This document shows, in pieces, positions 15,504 to 24,478 of a stretch of 64,000 bases of DNA. Where the stretch lies: assembly GCA_963747645.1 (NCBI GenBank), contig CAVVFW010000017.1, forward strand, positions 26,702-90,701, given 5' to 3'. Positions within the stretch are counted from its first letter, which is position 1, and the number at the start of each line of letters is the position of its first letter. The notes under the pieces were generated by a model. The model saw only the letters and a list, made by a program, of their open reading frames with translations, was not told the DNA's origin and did no database searches. Origin of the DNA: an uncultured delta proteobacterium (lineage in GTDB: Bacteria; Desulfobacterota; Desulfobaccia; Desulfobaccales; 0-14-0-80-60-11). Both the position numbers and the translations under genes were made by a program.

Positions 15504-15537
15504 CGCTAACTGCTAACCGCTCATTGCTAACCGCTGC
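15504..15537 (-). repeat. heptad-periodic tract directly 3-prime of the nusG stop codon
   Basis: Plus strand reads cgctaac tgctaac cgctcat tgctaac cgctgc. The composition resembles the tract at 14976-15007. Confidence 0.45.
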
Positions 15538-15539
15538 TT

Positions 15540-16070
15540 TTAAATCTTTTCTAACTGCGTAAACTCCAGCTCCACCGGCGTCGGCCGCCCGAAGACGCTG
15601 ATCATCACCCGCAACCGGCCCCGGTCCGGCCGCACTTCGTCCACCACCCCGGTAAAATTGGTAAAGGGGCCGTCGGTCACCTGGACCTTGTCGCCGGTCT
15701 CAAACTTGATCTTGGGCTTGGGCCGCAGCACCCCTTCCTGCATCTGGGCGATGATCTTCTGCGCATCTTCTTCGGGGATCGGTACCGGCTCTTCTTTGCT
15801 GCCGATGAAGCCCGTCACCTTGGGGGTGTCTTTCACCAGGTGCCAGGATTCGTCCGTCATCTCCATCTGCACCAGGATGTACCCCGGGTAAAATTTTCGG
15901 GAGGAGAGTTTGCGCTCCCCCTTGACCATCTCTTCCACCGTCTCCGTGGGGACCAGCACCTGTTCTACCAAATGTTCCAGGCCGTGGGCCCGGGCCCGCT
16001 CCATGATGGCGTTCTTGACTTTCTGTTCAAAGCCCGAGTAGGTATGGATGATGTACCACTTTTTGGACAC
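15540..16070 (-). CDS. nusG: transcription termination/antitermination factor NusG
   Basis: GTG start at 16070 gives VSKKWYIIHTYSGFEQKV..., with the KOW motif GDKVQVTDGPFTNFTGVV, 176 aa. The track ORF to 16304 overlaps secE and is an over-extension. Confidence 0.9.
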   Translation of the reverse strand: MSKKWYIIHTYSGFEQKVKNAIMERARAHGLEHLVEQVLVPTETVEEMVKGERKLSSRKFYPGYILVQMEMTDESWHLVKDTPKVTGFIGSKEEPVPIPEEDAQKIIAQMQEGVLRPKPKIKFETGDKVQVTDGPFTNFTGVVDEVRPDRGRLRVMISVFGRPTPVELEFTQLEKI

Positions 16071-16087
16071 GGTCTTACCTTCTTGCC

Positions 16088-16408
16088 TCAGTGGATGAAA
16101 TAGCGCACGAAATGGGACAGGAGAAAATCCACCAGTCCCAGGTATGCCCCGATAAAGAACACCAGGACCAGAACCACTCCCGTGGTGCCCAGGGTCTCTT
16201 TGCGGTTGGGCCAGGTGACCTTCTTCAGCTCCTGGACCGCTTCCGACAGAAAATCCTTGCTTTGAGCCCAGTACTGCTTGACCGGCGCTACCCGGCTGAA
16301 CCACCCGGGGCGCGCTTTGCCGGACTTGATCTTGACCACCTGCCCCCGGGAAGCGTCGCCGCCGGCTTCCTTCAGGGTCGATTTGGGCTTCGTCTTGGTC
16401 TTTTTCAT
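16088..16408 (-). CDS. secE: preprotein translocase subunit SecE
   Basis: 106 aa, with a basic N-terminus and then EAVQELKKVTWPNRKETLGTTGVVLVLVFFIGAYLGLVD (single TM). It sits in the canonical position upstream of nusG. Confidence 0.9.
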   Translation of the reverse strand: MKKTKTKPKSTLKEAGGDASRGQVVKIKSGKARPGWFSRVAPVKQYWAQSKDFLSEAVQELKKVTWPNRKETLGTTGVVLVLVFFIGAYLGLVDFLLSHFVRYFIH

Positions 16409-16618
16409 ACTGGTTTCACCCTACTGCTCCCCTGACACGGAAAAACCCAACCCCTCCGACGCCAGGCACCTGCGCCCGGGGCAAGGTCATATCCAGGCTT
16501 CTTCTGATGTAACCCTGAAGCACCTCGATTAAGGGAATTCAAGGAGAGAATCTGCGTGCGCGGCTAGATGGCGGATACTCACCAACCGACCCCTTGGTCC
16601 CATGTCTTACTTCATATC

Positions 16619-16695
16619 TGGCAGGCCAGGAGGGATTCGAACCCACAACATCCGGTTTTGGAGACCGGCGCTCTAGCCGTTGGAGCTACTGGCCT
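16619..16695 (-). tRNA. tRNA-Trp (anticodon CCA)
   Basis: The reverse complement AGGCCAGTAGCTCCAACGGCTAGAGCGCCGGTCTCCAAAACCGG...TTCGAATCC...CTGGCCTGCCA folds as a cloverleaf with anticodon loop CTCCAAA and an encoded CCA. There is one T-stem mismatch. Confidence 0.85.
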
Positions 16696-16706
16696 GTATT
16701 CTCCCC

Positions 16707-16856
16707 CTACTTGCTCTCTCGATGGAGGGTGTGAGTCCGACAGAAGGCACAAAACTTTTTAAAGGCAAGCCGGTCCGTCGTCCGCCGTTTATTCTTGGTG
16801 GTCGTGTAGTTCCGGCGCTTGCACTCCGTACAAGCCAAGGTAACGATGTCTCTCAT
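16707..16856 (-). CDS. rpmG: 50S ribosomal protein L33
   Basis: My own translation (too short for the ORF track) is [49 protein letters not shown], 49 aa. The Cys-x2-Cys pairs are typical of L33. Confidence 0.9.
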   Translation of the reverse strand: MRDIVTLACTECKRRNYTTTKNKRRTTDRLAFKKFCAFCRTHTLHRESK

Positions 16857-16939
16857 AATTTATTCCAAATTTTCTCAGTGGCACAGGCCTCAGGCCCGTG
16901 GCGCGGGCGTCCTCGCCCGCCAACCATATTATCCCTAAA

Positions 16940-18135
16940 CTATTCCACAATCTCGCTCACCACGCCGGCGCCCACGGTGCGGCCGCCTTCCCGGATGGCG
17001 AAACGGAGTTCTTTTTCCAGGGCCACCGGGGTGATCAAGGTCACTTCCATGGCCACGTTGTCCCCGGGCATCACCATCTCCACGCCTTCGGGCAGCGTCG
17101 CCACTCCGGTGACGTCCGTGGTGCGCAGGTAAAACTGCGGCCGGTAGCCGGTGAAGAACGGCGTGTGCCGCCCGCCCTCTTCCTTGTTCAAGACGTACAC
17201 CTCGGCCTTGAACTTGGTGTGGGGCGTGATCGAACCCGGCTTGGCCACCACCTGGCCCCGCTCCACTTCGTCTTTCTTGATGCCCCGGAGCAACAGCCCG
17301 ACGTTGTCACCGGCCTGGCCGTAATCCAGCGTCTTCCGGAACATCTCCACCCCGGTGCACACCGTCTTCTGGGTGGGGGCGAAACCGACGATCTCCACTT
17401 CCTCGCCCACCTTGATCTGGCCCCGCTCGCAGCGGCCCGTCACCACCGTGCCCCGGCCACTGAAATCGTGAACACGTCCTCGATGGGCATCAGGAACGGC
17501 TTGTCCACGTCCCGCACCGGCTCCGGAATATAGGAATCGAGAGCGTCCATCAGCTCGAAAATCGGCTTCACTTCCTCGGCGTTGACATCGTCCGACTCCA
17601 GGGCCTTCAGGGCGCTGCCCCGGATGATGGGAATGTCGTCACCGGGAAAATCGTATTTCGAGAGCAGCTCCCGCAGCTCCAGCTCCACCAGCTCGATGAG
17701 TTCCGGGTCGTCCACCAGGTCGACCTTGTTCAGGAAGACCACGATGAAGGGCACGCCCACCTGCCGGGCCAGCAGGATGTGCTCCCGGGTCTGGGGCATG
17801 GGGCCGTCGTCGGCGCCCACCACCAGGATCGCCCCGTCCATCTGGGCCGCCCCGGTGATCATGTTCTTGATATAGTCGGCGTGACCCGGGCAGTCCACGT
17901 GGGCGTAGTGCCGCTTGGCGGTCTCGTACTCCACGTGGGCTAAAGCGATGGTGATGCCCCGCTCTTTTTCTTCCGGCGCCTTGTCGATCTGGTCAAAGGG
18001 AATGTAGGATGCCCACCCCTTCTTGGCCAAATGCTTGGTGATGGCCGCGGTCAAGGTCGTCTTGCCATGATCGATATGACCAATCGTCCCTACGTTCACG
18101 TGCGGCTTCTTGCGCTCAAATTTCTTTTTGGCCAT
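16940..18135 (-). pseudogene. tuf: elongation factor Tu, copy B; reading frame broken once as sequenced
   Basis: ORF 17440..18135 (N-terminal part to EDVFTIS) and ORF 16940..17446 ([15 protein letters not shown]...GVVSEIVE) are separated by a net +2/-1 shift at 17459-17460. The observed sequence is ATTTCAGTGGCCGGGGC where ATTTCAGGCCGGGGC is expected. Confidence 0.9.
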
Positions 18136-18253
18136 GTCACATCTCCGAAACTTGATTAACCCCTGACCTGCCCAAAACCCGGCTTCAGGGGGCGGGGAAA
18201 TCCGGCTTTTCTCAATCGCCCACAGCTATCGGGGAGATTGACTCATTATTATA

Positions 18254-18330
<77 letters not shown>

Positions 18331-18335
18331 TCAAA

Positions 18336-18411
18336 TGGAGCGGGAAACGGGACTCGAACCCGCAACCCTCAGCTTGGAAGGCTGACGCTCTGGCCATTGA
18401 GCTATTCCCGC
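18336..18411 (-). tRNA. tRNA-Gly (anticodon TCC)
   Basis: GCGGGAATAGCTCAATGGCCAGAGCGTCAGCCTTCCAAGCTGAGGGTTGCGGGTTCGAGTCCCGTTTCCCGCTCCA forms a clean 76-nt cloverleaf. Confidence 0.92.
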
Positions 18412-18426
18412 AACCTGAGAAGGTGA

Positions 18427-18511
18427 TGGTGGAGAGGGGAGGATTCGAACCTCCGTAGGCTACGCCAACGGGTTTACAGCCCGTCCCCTTTGGCCACTCG
18501 GGTACCCCTCC
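18427..18511 (-). tRNA. tRNA-Tyr (anticodon GTA)
   Basis: GGAGGGGTACCCGAGTGGCCAAAGGGGACGGGCTGTAAACCCGTTGGCGTAGCCTACGGAGGTTCGAATCCTCCCCTCTCCACCA is 85 nt and has a long variable arm. Confidence 0.92.
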
Positions 18512-18533
18512 GGTATGAAAAATTACGCCTCCC

Positions 18534-18608
18534 TGGAGCTGGCGATGGGACTCGAACCCGCAACCCCCTGATTACAAATCAGGTGCTCTACCATTGAGCT
18601 ACGCCAGC
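18534..18608 (-). tRNA. tRNA-Thr (anticodon TGT)
   Basis: GCTGGCGTAGCTCAATGGTAGAGCACCTGATTTGTAATCAGGGGGTTGCGGGTTCGAGTCCCATCGCCAGCTCCA. There is one C-A mismatch in the T-stem. Confidence 0.85.
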
Positions 18609-18657
18609 GTCGCGCCCCAAATGCCTAGGCCAAAACTGCCCAAATTTTAACTTTATA

Positions 18658-18686
18658 AGTGTATGAGGCCGTGGAAAGATTGTCAA
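18658..18686 (-). promoter_or_regulatory. candidate sigma-70 promoter of the tRNA-tuf operon
   Basis: Minus strand reads TTGACA (18686-18681), a 17-nt spacer and TACACT (18663-18658), about 50 nt upstream of tRNA-Thr(TGT). Confidence 0.5.
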
Positions 18687-19087
18687 TGTTTTTCTGAAAT
18701 TTTCGCCCCGGCGCCCCCCCGGCTCCACTGCTTCCCGGGGTTTACCCGGCCGGCCGGCGCCCCAGTCGCCCCGGCCTTATGGTAATCGTTTATTATATGA
18801 CATCCATTCTGCCGGTCAAGCCCCCCTGTCACGGGCTCCCGCCGGGACTCCATCATGGTGGCGAACCGCCATCCCCGGCGCTTCCAGGGTCACCCCTGGC
18901 TCAGGAACGCTCCATTCCGGGTGGATTTTTGTCGGGAATAGACAGGAAAAAGACGGCTGATACGCCGGGGACGCCGAAAAAAATATGTATAAGAACCTGG
19001 GGCCAGGATGCTCTCAGGGCGCCAGGCGTTTACCTGGGGGCACCTGACCCGTCTAAATGCGCCTGACCATGAGGCGCCTGGAAAAGC

Positions 19088-19735
19088 TTAGAGCATGGTC
19101 AAGCCTTCACGGACGGCATACTTGGTGAGCTCAGCCACGTTTTTAATATTTAATTTATACATAACCTGCTGACGGTGAGTTTCTACGGTCTTGGCACTGA
19201 TATGGAGCTTTTCGGCTATCTGATTTGAGGTCTTGCCTTCCGCCACCAATTGAAGGACTTCCTTTTCTCTGCCGGAAATTAACTGACTGCCCGTTGATTT
19301 CATGCCGGTAGAAGAGGTAAAATAGTTGCTATCGACCATATCGGCTATCTGATTGCTAAAATAGCTCTTATTGCTCATCACCATCCGGATCGCCTTGGAG
19401 AGGCTTTTAAAGGCATCATCTTTCAGTATATAGCCAGCCGCCCCCGCCTTGAGCATGTTTAAGACAAAACGCCGATCGTCATGCATTGACAGGGCGATGA
19501 TCTTTACCCCCTTTGCCTTGGCGGTAATTTGCCGGGTGGCCTCAATGCCGTTTAAATCGGGCATCGCCACGTCCATGATGATTACATCCGGGACCAGCTC
19601 CCCGGCCAGTTGCTCCGCCATGCGCCCATCCTCGGCTTCTCCCACGATGGTAATATCATGCTCGTTTTCCAGCATGACGCGGAGACCTTCCCGTATGATC
19701 TGGTGATCGTCCACCAGCAAGACCCTGATGCTCAT
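19088..19735 (-). CDS. NarL/FixJ-type response regulator (REC + LuxR HTH)
   Basis: 215 aa, with receiver-domain acidic residues (LVDDH, DVIIMDVAMPDLNG) and a C-terminal LuxR HTH (LISGREKEVLQLVAEGKTSNQIAEKLHISAKTVETHR). Confidence 0.9.
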   Translation of the reverse strand: MSIRVLLVDDHQIIREGLRVMLENEHDITIVGEAEDGRMAEQLAGELVPDVIIMDVAMPDLNGIEATRQITAKAKGVKIIALSMHDDRRFVLNMLKAGAAGYILKDDAFKSLSKAIRMVMSNKSYFSNQIADMVDSNYFTSSTGMKSTGSQLISGREKEVLQLVAEGKTSNQIAEKLHISAKTVETHRQQVMYKLNIKNVAELTKYAVREGLTML

Positions 19736-19773
19736 ATCGTCCCCAGGTACATCATTGGTTTACCTCGATAATC

Positions 19774-19807
19774 CTATTCAATAGTATGAGGTTATCTTAT
19801 TCAATAG
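19774..19807. promoter_or_regulatory. two copies of the near-palindrome (C/T)TATTCAATAG between the response regulator and the DUF362 gene
   Basis: ctattcaatag at 19774-19784 and ttattcaatag at 19797-19807. Each is a 5-nt inverted repeat around a central base. Confidence 0.3.
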
Positions 19808-19992
19808 GGATAATAGCGAATTCTTGCCTCAGAAAACCTGATTTTGGTCTCAGGATTCACGAATCCTCCGGAGATAATCATGGGGCGCTCAGCCTCGCCT
19901 CGGATCCTCAAGAGCTTTTGGGCCCTGTCCTGCCAGGACAGGCATGGTATAATTATCAGGTTGGCCAAAAACGGTGTTCTGGGAGTGAGACT

Positions 19993-21060
19993 ATGTCAAA
20001 AGTGATGATCCATCCTGCTACCTATGACCATGTCCGTCCGGCAGTCGACCGGGCTTTTGAACTCTTCCCCCAGGAAATCCGCGGGAAAACCGTGTTGATC
20101 AAACCCAACGTGCTGCGGATATCGGCAGCCGCCGAGGGCATCGTCACCCATCCGGCGGTGCTGCGCGCCGTGGTGGACAAGGTGGAAACCCTGGGGCCCG
20201 CCGCCATCATCGTCGGCGACAATCCCGGGCTGTTTGATTACGGAGCCAACGAGGCCAGCTTTGAAAAGACCGGCCTGATGGAAGCCGCCAAGGGATATTA
20301 CCAGAACATCGGCAACCATTCTCTCCAGGTCGACTTCAATCCGGAGTTCATGCCCACGGTGAGCCTGTCCCGGATTGTCCGGGAGGCCGATATCATCATC
20401 AGCCTGCCGAAATTCAAGACCCATGGTTTGACCGTCATGACCGGGGCCATCAAAAACAGTTACGGCTTTTTGCCCGGCGCCCAAAAAGCTATGCTTCACA
20501 AGGCGGCGGGCAACCCCGAACGTTTCCATGAGGTGATCGTCGAGGTCTTCCGGCTCCGGGTCCCTGACTTTTTCCTGATGGACGCCATCGTCGGCATGGA
20601 GGGCAATGGTCCGGCATCCCCCGACTTGCGGGACATCGGCCTGATCCTGGCCTCTGACAATGCGGTGGCCCTGGATGCGGTCATGGCCACGATGATGGGT
20701 TGTGAACCGGGGCGTTTGCCCTTCCTGCGCCTGGCCCGGGCCGCGGGCCTGGGGGATTTTGACCTGAGTCAGATCGAAGTTATTGGCGAGTTGAAACCGC
20801 TGCCCGATTTCAAGCTGCCGCCCTTAAGTGGTGAAGCGATATTTCACAACGAGACCATCCAGGCCCTCATCCACGGTCGTACCCTGGTGCGCCCCCAGGC
20901 TAATCCGGAGTGGTGCACCGGCTGCGGCGCCTGTATCGAGCAATGCCCGGTATCGGCCCTGGCCATGTGTGACAACCTGCCCCAGGTGGACCCCGACGTC
21001 TGCATCACCTGCTTCTGCTGCCAGGAAATCTGTCCTGAGAAAGCCATCACCCTGAGTTAA
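19993..21060 (+). CDS. DUF362 domain protein with C-terminal 4Fe-4S ferredoxin domain
   Basis: The ATG at 19993 gives MSKVMIHPATYDH... The C-terminus carries CTGCGACIEQCP and CITCFCCQEICP cluster motifs. The track ORF start at 19786 is probably an over-extension. Confidence 0.75.
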   Translation: MSKVMIHPATYDHVRPAVDRAFELFPQEIRGKTVLIKPNVLRISAAAEGIVTHPAVLRAVVDKVETLGPAAIIVGDNPGLFDYGANEASFEKTGLMEAAKGYYQNIGNHSLQVDFNPEFMPTVSLSRIVREADIIISLPKFKTHGLTVMTGAIKNSYGFLPGAQKAMLHKAAGNPERFHEVIVEVFRLRVPDFFLMDAIVGMEGNGPASPDLRDIGLILASDNAVALDAVMATMMGCEPGRLPFLRLARAAGLGDFDLSQIEVIGELKPLPDFKLPPLSGEAIFHNETIQALIHGRTLVRPQANPEWCTGCGACIEQCPVSALAMCDNLPQVDPDVCITCFCCQEICPEKAITLS

Positions 21061-21067
21061 TGAAGCC

Positions 21068-22267
21068 ATGAGACCCGGGGTGCATTTTGGTCAGCTGAGC
21101 CTGATTGTCTCCACCGTGGCGATCCTTGCCCAAATCTACCTCTTCCTCCGAATCGGGCAGGTCATCAAGGCCTCCCGGCTTTCCACCCTGGGGAAATCCT
21201 TGCTTATTGCCGCGGTGGGCCTGACCATCGCTGTCCTCTTTGTCATGAACGTCGTCATCATGTCCAGGCCGATCCCCTGGGTGGACCCGCCGGCAGTGGC
21301 CGATATTATCCTGTTCTATTTTCCCGCGGTCTGGACCTTCGGGTCGATCCTCTCGGCCCTGCTCCTCGGCCTGGCCCAGTTCCTGGGGGGATTGGGGAGG
21401 CTCGCGGTTCTCTGCCGCCGCGGCCTGGACCGCCAGAAAGCCGCCGCGCCCGTGAATCTCCAGCGGCGCCGTTTCCTTGCCGCCGGAGTGACTGGGCTGG
21501 CCGCGGCGCCCTTCCTGCTCTCCGGATACGGGGCGGCCTATGGCAGCCGGGCTTATGAGGTCCGGGAGCTTACCCTGCCCTTCGGCCGCGCTTTGCGGGT
21601 GGTCCACCTCACCGACATCCATGCCGGGCTCTACATGACCCGGGCCGAGATCCGGCGCTATGCCGATCAGGTCGCCGCCCTCAAGCCCGATCTGTTTGTC
21701 CTCACCGGAGATTACATTTCGAACTCCATGGAATTTCTGCCCGGGTGCGTGGAAGAGCTGGCCCGGGTCCGGGCCCGGTACGGCACCTTCGCCACCATGG
21801 GCAATCACGAGCGCTGGTATGGGCGGCAGAAAGATATCCTGGCAATTTTCCGGCAGCACCAAATCACCTTTCTGCTCAACGCCCACCGGCTGATTCAGAC
21901 CGGACAGGGCTCATTGGCGGTGGCCGGTATCGATGACCTCCGGTCCGGCTCTCCCGATTTGACCGGCGCCCTCCGGGGGCTCGATTCCACCATCCCGACG
22001 ATCCTGCTCTCGCACCGTCCGGAGATTTTCCCCCTGGCCGCGGCTCACGGGGTACCCCTCACCCTGTCGGGCCACTATCATGGGGGCCAGATCACGCTCC
22101 CCCTGCCGGGCCTGAGGCTCAGCCTGTCCCACCTGCTGACCCCCTATCCCGAGGGACTGTACCGGCTGAAAGACTCCCGCCTCTATGTCAGTCGCGGCAT
22201 CGGGACCACGTTCACCCCCATACGCCTGAATGCCCGGCCGGAGGTAACCCTGCTCCGCCTCACCTGA
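21068..22267 (+). CDS. membrane-anchored metallophosphoesterase (calcineurin-like)
   Basis: 399 aa, with N-terminal TM helices followed by LTDIHAG, LTGDYIS, GNHE, LSHRP and SGHYHGGQ motifs. Confidence 0.8.
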   Translation: MRPGVHFGQLSLIVSTVAILAQIYLFLRIGQVIKASRLSTLGKSLLIAAVGLTIAVLFVMNVVIMSRPIPWVDPPAVADIILFYFPAVWTFGSILSALLLGLAQFLGGLGRLAVLCRRGLDRQKAAAPVNLQRRRFLAAGVTGLAAAPFLLSGYGAAYGSRAYEVRELTLPFGRALRVVHLTDIHAGLYMTRAEIRRYADQVAALKPDLFVLTGDYISNSMEFLPGCVEELARVRARYGTFATMGNHERWYGRQKDILAIFRQHQITFLLNAHRLIQTGQGSLAVAGIDDLRSGSPDLTGALRGLDSTIPTILLSHRPEIFPLAAAHGVPLTLSGHYHGGQITLPLPGLRLSLSHLLTPYPEGLYRLKDSRLYVSRGIGTTFTPIRLNARPEVTLLRLT

Positions 22268-22366
22268 TCCCCGCCACCCCGGCCCCCTATGAGCCGGATC
22301 AATGCTTAATCCACCTCACCGGGCTGGTTGAGCGTATTGCCAAAAATTCCTTTCCCTTGATGGTTT

Positions 22367-22746
22367 TTAAATCCCCCTAAATTCCAGCAGTGTCCGGTTT
22401 GGTTTTTGCAAAGTAATGATGCTCGTTAAACGTCGTCCAACGATTCATAAATTTGCTAATGTACGTTTTGCCAGGAAGATCACTTCCCCCTCACCCAGCC
22501 CTCTCCCCCACTGGGTGAGAGGGCAAAAGTGGCACTGATTTAATAGGTTATGGTTACTAAATCTGGAAAGATCACCTACTCCCTCTCCCCACGCTTCGGG
22601 GGGAGAGGGTTGGGGTGAGGGGGGCCTCCGCATGCAATTTCCTGACCGAACACTGCTCCCTAAATCGCCCTTTTTCAAAGGGGGACTTTAAAAGGAATTC
22701 CGCTAAATTCCCCCCTTTGGAAAAGGGGGGCTAGGGGGGATTTAGG
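22367..22746. repeat. composite MITE-like repeat (family 1, copy A), containing two GC-rich hairpin units
   Basis: The ends are inverted: taaatccccctaaattcc at 22367-22385 versus ctaggggggatttagg at 22731-22746. Internal hairpins are GCCCTCTC...GAGAGGGC (about 22495-22522) and CCCTCTCCCC...GGGGGGAGAGGG (about 22580-22608). An inner CCCTTTTTCAAAGGGGG palindrome is also present. Confidence 0.6.
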
Positions 22747-22786
22747 TTCTTGGAGCACGTGCCACAACCGAAAAAACTTTGAGCAA

Positions 22787-24247
22787 TCAGGACGATCTAC
22801 CCGCCGGGACCGGGCGGCGCCTTTCCAGGCGGACGACGCATTCGGTGTGGGCCGTGTGGGGGAAGAGATCGAAGGGTTGGACCATCAGGATATCATACTG
22901 ATCCTGGAGGAGGGCCAGGTCCCGGGCCAGGGTGGCAGGGTTGCAGGAAACATAGATGATCCGCCGGGCCGCCAGCTCCCGGAGGGCTTCCACCACCTGG
23001 GGGTGCAGGCCGGACCGGGGAGGGTCGGTGATCACCACCTCGGGGCGGGGCTGGGACGCGTCCCGCAAGGTCTCCTGGATCCTCTCTTTCAAATCTCCCG
23101 CCAGGAATTGGCAATTGTCCAGGCCGTTGAGCCGGCTATTGATGTAGGCATCGTTCACCGCTTCCGGGACCAGTTCGAATCCTACCACCCGGCCCACCTG
23201 GGAGGCCAAAGAGAGCGCGATGCTGCCGGCGCCGCAGTAGAGATCCCAAACGGTCTCCCGGCCGCTGAACTCTCCGAGCCGGCTGATGGCGCTATACAGG
23301 CCTTCGGTAGCCATGGTATTGATCTGAAAGAAAGAATGGGGAGAGATCCGCAAGTGCAGCGGGCCAAGCTGCTCTTCAATATACCCCGGTCCCCAAAGGG
23401 TGCGGCTGGACTCGCCGCTGGCTATCTGGCCCTTTTGCCGGCGCCGGGAATGCACCAGGGTGGTGAGGTCCGGAAAGCGGGCTTTAAGATTGGCGGCCAG
23501 AGCGTCCACGGCGGCCGGGTCGCCCTGGTCGGTGGTGATGAGGTGCACCAGCGTCTGCCCGGTGCGCTTGCCTTCCCGCACCACCAGGAATCGCCAGAAG
23601 CCGCGCTGGCTTTTCGGGTTGTAGGCGGATAGACCGCTGGCGCCGCACCCGCGGCGCACCTCCTCCACCAGGGCCGGCGACTGGGGAGATTGGAGAAAGC
23701 AGTGCTCCAGGTTGAAAATCCGCTGGGAGGACCCCTCCCCGTGCAATCCCAGGACGCAGCCGCCGCGCCGCGAGCCCCCGGCCCCGGCGGGGTCTTGGGA
23801 AGGCATGGGTGCGAAGGTGAACCCCATTTTGTTGCGGTAATAACGCTCCTGCGGCGAGGCCACCGCCGGCAGGATAATCCCGGGGCTCAGTCCTCCCAGA
23901 TGCCGGAGACATTCTTGCACCTGGGTCCTCTTCCAATGCAGCTGCTCCGCATAGGCGAGATCCTGCCACTGGCAGCCGCCGCAGACCCCAAAATGGGGGC
24001 AGAAGGGCGGCGTATACGCCGGGGACTGGACCAGAAGCTCCACGACCCTGGCTTCGGCGAACTGCGGTTTTTTCCGGGTTATGCGCACCCGGACCGTTTG
24101 CCCGGGGATGGCGTGGTCCACGAACACCACGAACCCATCGACCCGCCCTAAGGCTTTCCCGCCAAAGGCTATCTTATCTATGGAAAGATCGACCTCCGCG
24201 CCCTTGGACAGGCCGGGGAGCAGGGGCTTGTCGTTAACCGGAGGCAT
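22787..24247 (-). CDS. rlmD: 23S rRNA (uracil-5-)-methyltransferase, RumA/RlmD family
   Basis: 486 aa, with an N-terminal TRAM-like region, the Cys cluster CPHFGVCGGCQWQ and a C-terminal SAM methyltransferase (DLYCGAGSIAL, VITDPPRSG, YVSCNPATLARD). Confidence 0.85.
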   Translation of the reverse strand: MPPVNDKPLLPGLSKGAEVDLSIDKIAFGGKALGRVDGFVVFVDHAIPGQTVRVRITRKKPQFAEARVVELLVQSPAYTPPFCPHFGVCGGCQWQDLAYAEQLHWKRTQVQECLRHLGGLSPGIILPAVASPQERYYRNKMGFTFAPMPSQDPAGAGGSRRGGCVLGLHGEGSSQRIFNLEHCFLQSPQSPALVEEVRRGCGASGLSAYNPKSQRGFWRFLVVREGKRTGQTLVHLITTDQGDPAAVDALAANLKARFPDLTTLVHSRRRQKGQIASGESSRTLWGPGYIEEQLGPLHLRISPHSFFQINTMATEGLYSAISRLGEFSGRETVWDLYCGAGSIALSLASQVGRVVGFELVPEAVNDAYINSRLNGLDNCQFLAGDLKERIQETLRDASQPRPEVVITDPPRSGLHPQVVEALRELAARRIIYVSCNPATLARDLALLQDQYDILMVQPFDLFPHTAHTECVVRLERRRPVPAGRSS

Positions 24248-24478
24248 GCCGGAAGACCTGCGGCATCAAGGCCAGGGTGAGAGCCCGAGGGGAAAAAGTC
24301 ACGGAAAAATCTGCGCATGGCTCTAAGACTCCCTTATCCTGATCATATCAAATTTTCTCGGGTTTTTTCCAAGTTTCGGCTCCCGCCAGCGATCATCTAA
24401 TCATTCGGCAGGTTGCAAAAATCAACTCAGGTATTATGATACGTTCGGTGAAACCAGACTCCGGAGGATGCAATCATT

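Noticed and set aside
13757-15562. 601-aa plus-strand ORF spanning the rplJ-rplA-rplK region
   Set aside because: It crosses three well-supported minus-strand ribosomal protein genes and their spacers, which is not plausible for a real gene.
18779-19066. 95-aa plus-strand ORF upstream of the tRNA promoter
   Set aside because: Its translation is Pro/Gly-rich and low-complexity. It has no RBS and lies in the promoter/UP region of the tRNA-tuf operon.
22445-22678. 77-aa ORF (MKKGDLGSS...SPQPSPPEAWGEGVG...) and its counterpart at 46661..46897 (MKKGDLGGF...)
   Set aside because: Both are translations of the family-1 repeat and GC-rich hairpin units. Their similarity reflects repeat DNA, not a protein family.
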